A stretch of 63,051 nt of DNA, the filler included, from Olpidium bornovanus S191 (taxonomy: Eukaryota; Fungi; Olpidiomycota), in assembly GCA_017911155.1 (NCBI GenBank). It is 31 parts of 31 records of this genome, joined end to end, with 100 filler letters (N's around TTAATTAATTAA, not from the genome) between each part and the next. Parts side by side here need not be neighbours in the genome. Positions count along the whole stretch, not along the records: positions 60,477 to 61,560 come from JAEFCI010003819.1; positions 61,661 to 63,051 come from JAEFCI010009860.1; 29 more parts are not named here. One strand, given 5' to 3'. Below are positions 60,572 to 63,051 of this stretch, in pieces. The position numbers were made by a program, and so were the translations under genes. The notes beneath the pieces are model-generated. The model was not told where the DNA came from and ran no database searches. It saw only the letters and a list, made by a program, of their open reading frames with translations. Each line of letters begins with the position of its first letter. Position 1 is the stretch's first letter.

Positions 60572-61560
60572 ATGTCGCGCTCCAGCCTCTCTTCCGCCGT
60601 CCGCTTCACGGCAACCTCCGTCGCGGCGTCCGTGAAGGGGAGCAGCACCGCCGCCCCTAGCCTCCCCTGCCTCGCCGGCGCTCTTCTGCCCGCGGCCGCC
60701 AGAAGGTCGTTCGTTTGCGCTTCGGAAGGCGCGGCTTTAACTCTCCGCGCGGGTGCCACGCCGTCGGCGTCCCTTGCCACGCCCTACTTGGTAAGGTGTC
60801 GGCGCCAGACCCCACTGCCATTCTTTCTCGTCATCTACAGCGCGTCATCCGCCCTGCGCATGCCGTTCTGTCCCCGCCGGCGAGCCGCTCCCGTCGTCTT
60901 CCCGCCCCCACATCCCCAAACCCGATCTCTTCCGCGTCGTTTTCCTCGCGTTTTCGCCGTGCAAGCCGAGTCATCATGGCAGTCAAAAAAGTAAACCAAT
61001 GTCCTTTTCAAACAACAACCAGAAGTTCCAGTCCACCCGCGGGATGAAGACCCTTGACTTCGGCGGGACCAAGGAGGTCGTATTTGAGCGCTCGGACTTC
61101 CCTAGGGACAAGCTGCTCGCGACCTTTCAGAACGACACGCTGGCCATGATCGGGTACGGCCCCCAGGGTCGTGGACAAGCCCTGAACGCGCGGGACCAAG
61201 GTCTTGACATCGTGGTCGGCGTGCGGAAAGACGGCGACAGCTGGAAGAAGGCTGTTGCAGACGGTTGGGTAAGCGGTGCGATGACTTTTTTTGCAGGAGA
61301 TTTTACGGAGGTGTTGACGCTTTGACTGCCCGGGACCCGTAGATTCCCAACAAGACTCTTTTCTCCATCGAAGAGGCCTGCAAGAAGGGTACCATTATCC
61401 TGTACCTCCTTTCCGACGCCGCCCAAAAGTCCGAGTGGGGCATGGTCAAGCCGCACCTCACCGAAGGCAAGACCCTGTGCTTTGCCCACGGGTTTTCCGT
61501 CGTGTACAAAGACCAGACCAACATTGTGCCGCCTGAAAACATTGACGTGATTTTGGTCGC
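60572..61560 (+). CDS. ILV5: Mitochondrial ketol-acid reductoisomerase, 5' part
   Basis: Presequence, then [25 protein letters not shown]...[31 protein letters not shown]...DGW|[12 protein letters not shown]...LLSDAAQ...HGFSVVY...DVILV. Confidence 0.96.
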
Positions 61561-62112
61561 NNNNNNNNNNNNNNNNNNNNNNNNNNNNNNNNNNNNNNNN
61601 NNNNTTAATTAATTAANNNNNNNNNNNNNNNNNNNNNNNNNNNNNNNNNNNNNNNNNNNNCCATACAACAAGACCACGTGAGGCTCCGTCGTCGACAAGG
61701 TTCCGTCATGCGAGACACGAGCCGGAGCACCAAACTGTTCCCTTTTCTTTTCTTTTCTCTCTTCCCCTTCATCCTTTTTGTTTGTCAGACATGATACGAA
61801 CCGAGAGTACTGCAGAGAAATTTCCGCAATTTCTTCTCCCCTTTCTTTTATCGCCGAATCCTACTCTTTTTTTCTTTTTGCTTGAGACATCTTTTCTCCC
61901 TTCCTGTTCTGTGGACTCGGACTTGCGGGGGGGGGTTGGTATTCAAGCCCTCACTGCCCTCAAAGTAGTTACCGCCCGAACCCCCAAAAATAAACAAAAC
62001 ACAAAACCAAACCACAGCTCGACTTGCGGACCCATCGACGACCGTTCGCCCGTCGACCGCAACCGCGCGTATTCCATCTCACTCGCCCCCGGCTCGGTCT
62101 CGTCACCGTTCT

Positions 62113-63051
62113 TTGACGAACCGCCGCCGCCACCGCCGACGATCGTCCTCCTCGTTGCCCGACAGCTCGTCCGAATCGCCGTCTTCCGATTCGGAGGAAG
62201 ATCGCTCGCCGTCCCCGATCTCCCGCCGTCCCTCTGGTGGTGCTGCGTCGATTGGCGTTTCCCGTGTCGTCCCTCACGGCTGCCGCGTCCGCATGTCTCC
62301 TGTGTGGGACAACGCACTCCAGTGCGGAGGCGGATGGATCGCGTGGAAGCAGCGCTTCCTTTCCGAGCTCGAACTCTCTGGGACCTTTACCGAGGCCCAG
62401 AAGCTCGCCGAACTGCACAACAACGTCGTCCCCGAGTTGTGCAGCTTCCTGAACTGGGACATGGAGCGTCATCGTCCCCTTTCGACGCTCCAGGAAGGCC
62501 TCGATGTGCTCGCCAATCTGTACGCATCGTCCTACGCGTTGAACCCGAAGCAGATTTTCGCATCGAAGGTCGCCCAGCTCCGGCAGGAGCCCGCCAAAAG
62601 CATGGCCGCGTATCTCGCGAAAGCGAAAGCGCTATGCATCGAATATGCTGCGGAGAGCAACCTCCGACCTGACCGTCACCGCCGCCATCAGAAGGCGATC
62701 GACTCGTGGGCCCGCGACTACCTGATGCCTGCGGTTTTTGCGCGGCCTTCAGGAGCGTTTCGCCCACTTGCGTGACGACCGTTCGAAACGCTGGGGTAAG
62801 TTCTGCAAGCGCATGCTTCGCCGATCTGTCGATGTTCAACGGCAGTTCGCCCCCATTTCGCTGTCTTCGTCGGTTGCGCTGTCCTTCGCTTCCGTCGCCG
62901 CTCGCCCGCTCGCCCGCGCCCGCCTGCGCATGTCCGTCCGCACGAGCAGTAACGTCCCCCACTGCTCGGCCGGTGACGCCTGCATCGACGAGAAGTGCCG
63001 CATGTGGCACCCGTCGCCGCGTTCCCGTCGACTCGCCGGCGGAAACGAACC
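62113..63051 (+). mobile_element. Gag-like ORF with one frameshift and a C-terminal CCCH finger (retroelement, possibly DIRS-like)
   Basis: WIAWKQRFLSEL...AQLRQEPAKSMAAYLAKAKAL resembles a capsid major homology region. Removing one T at 62735-62739 extends the frame through VLRGLQERF to CSAGDACIDEKCRMWHP (C-x5-C-x4-C-x3-H, 62963-63010). Confidence 0.55.

Overview
This window is not one continuous locus. It is a concatenation of 31 short contigs (about 1-4 kb each) joined by 30 identical 100-nt linkers (N44-TTAATTAATTAA-N44). No gene continues across a linker, so neighbourhoods across linkers carry no meaning. The DNA is eukaryotic, with GC-rich exons, many short GT-AG introns, and non-coding DNA rich in long A/T and G/C homopolymers. 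Fungal-type genes (Cdc10-type septin, ILV5, Cbf1-like bHLH, Ssr4-like, Ras1, DPL1) occur together with an axonemal gene (DRC9/IQCG), which points to a zoosporic early-diverging fungus. It resembles the fragmented Olpidium bornovanus assembly, but that is recollection and unverified. About 24 mostly partial host genes are recognisable by manual splicing and motif recall, plus one tRNA-Ile(AAT). Transposon relics include Ty1/copia, Ty3/gypsy, DIRS-like, pogo/Tigger and an intron-containing Tc1-like element. I found no CRISPR array, operon or clearly new multi-gene system. The best leads are: a bacterial-type GltP/DctA glutamate-dicarboxylate symporter carrying five spliceosomal introns (HGT candidate); an UNC80 (NALCN channelosome) homologue; half-tRNA-primed copia elements with very short LTRs nested in other transposons; DIRS-type methyltransferase and CCCH-gag relics; and strong enrichment of CATG at contig ends. 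All protein calls come from remembered family motifs, not database searches.
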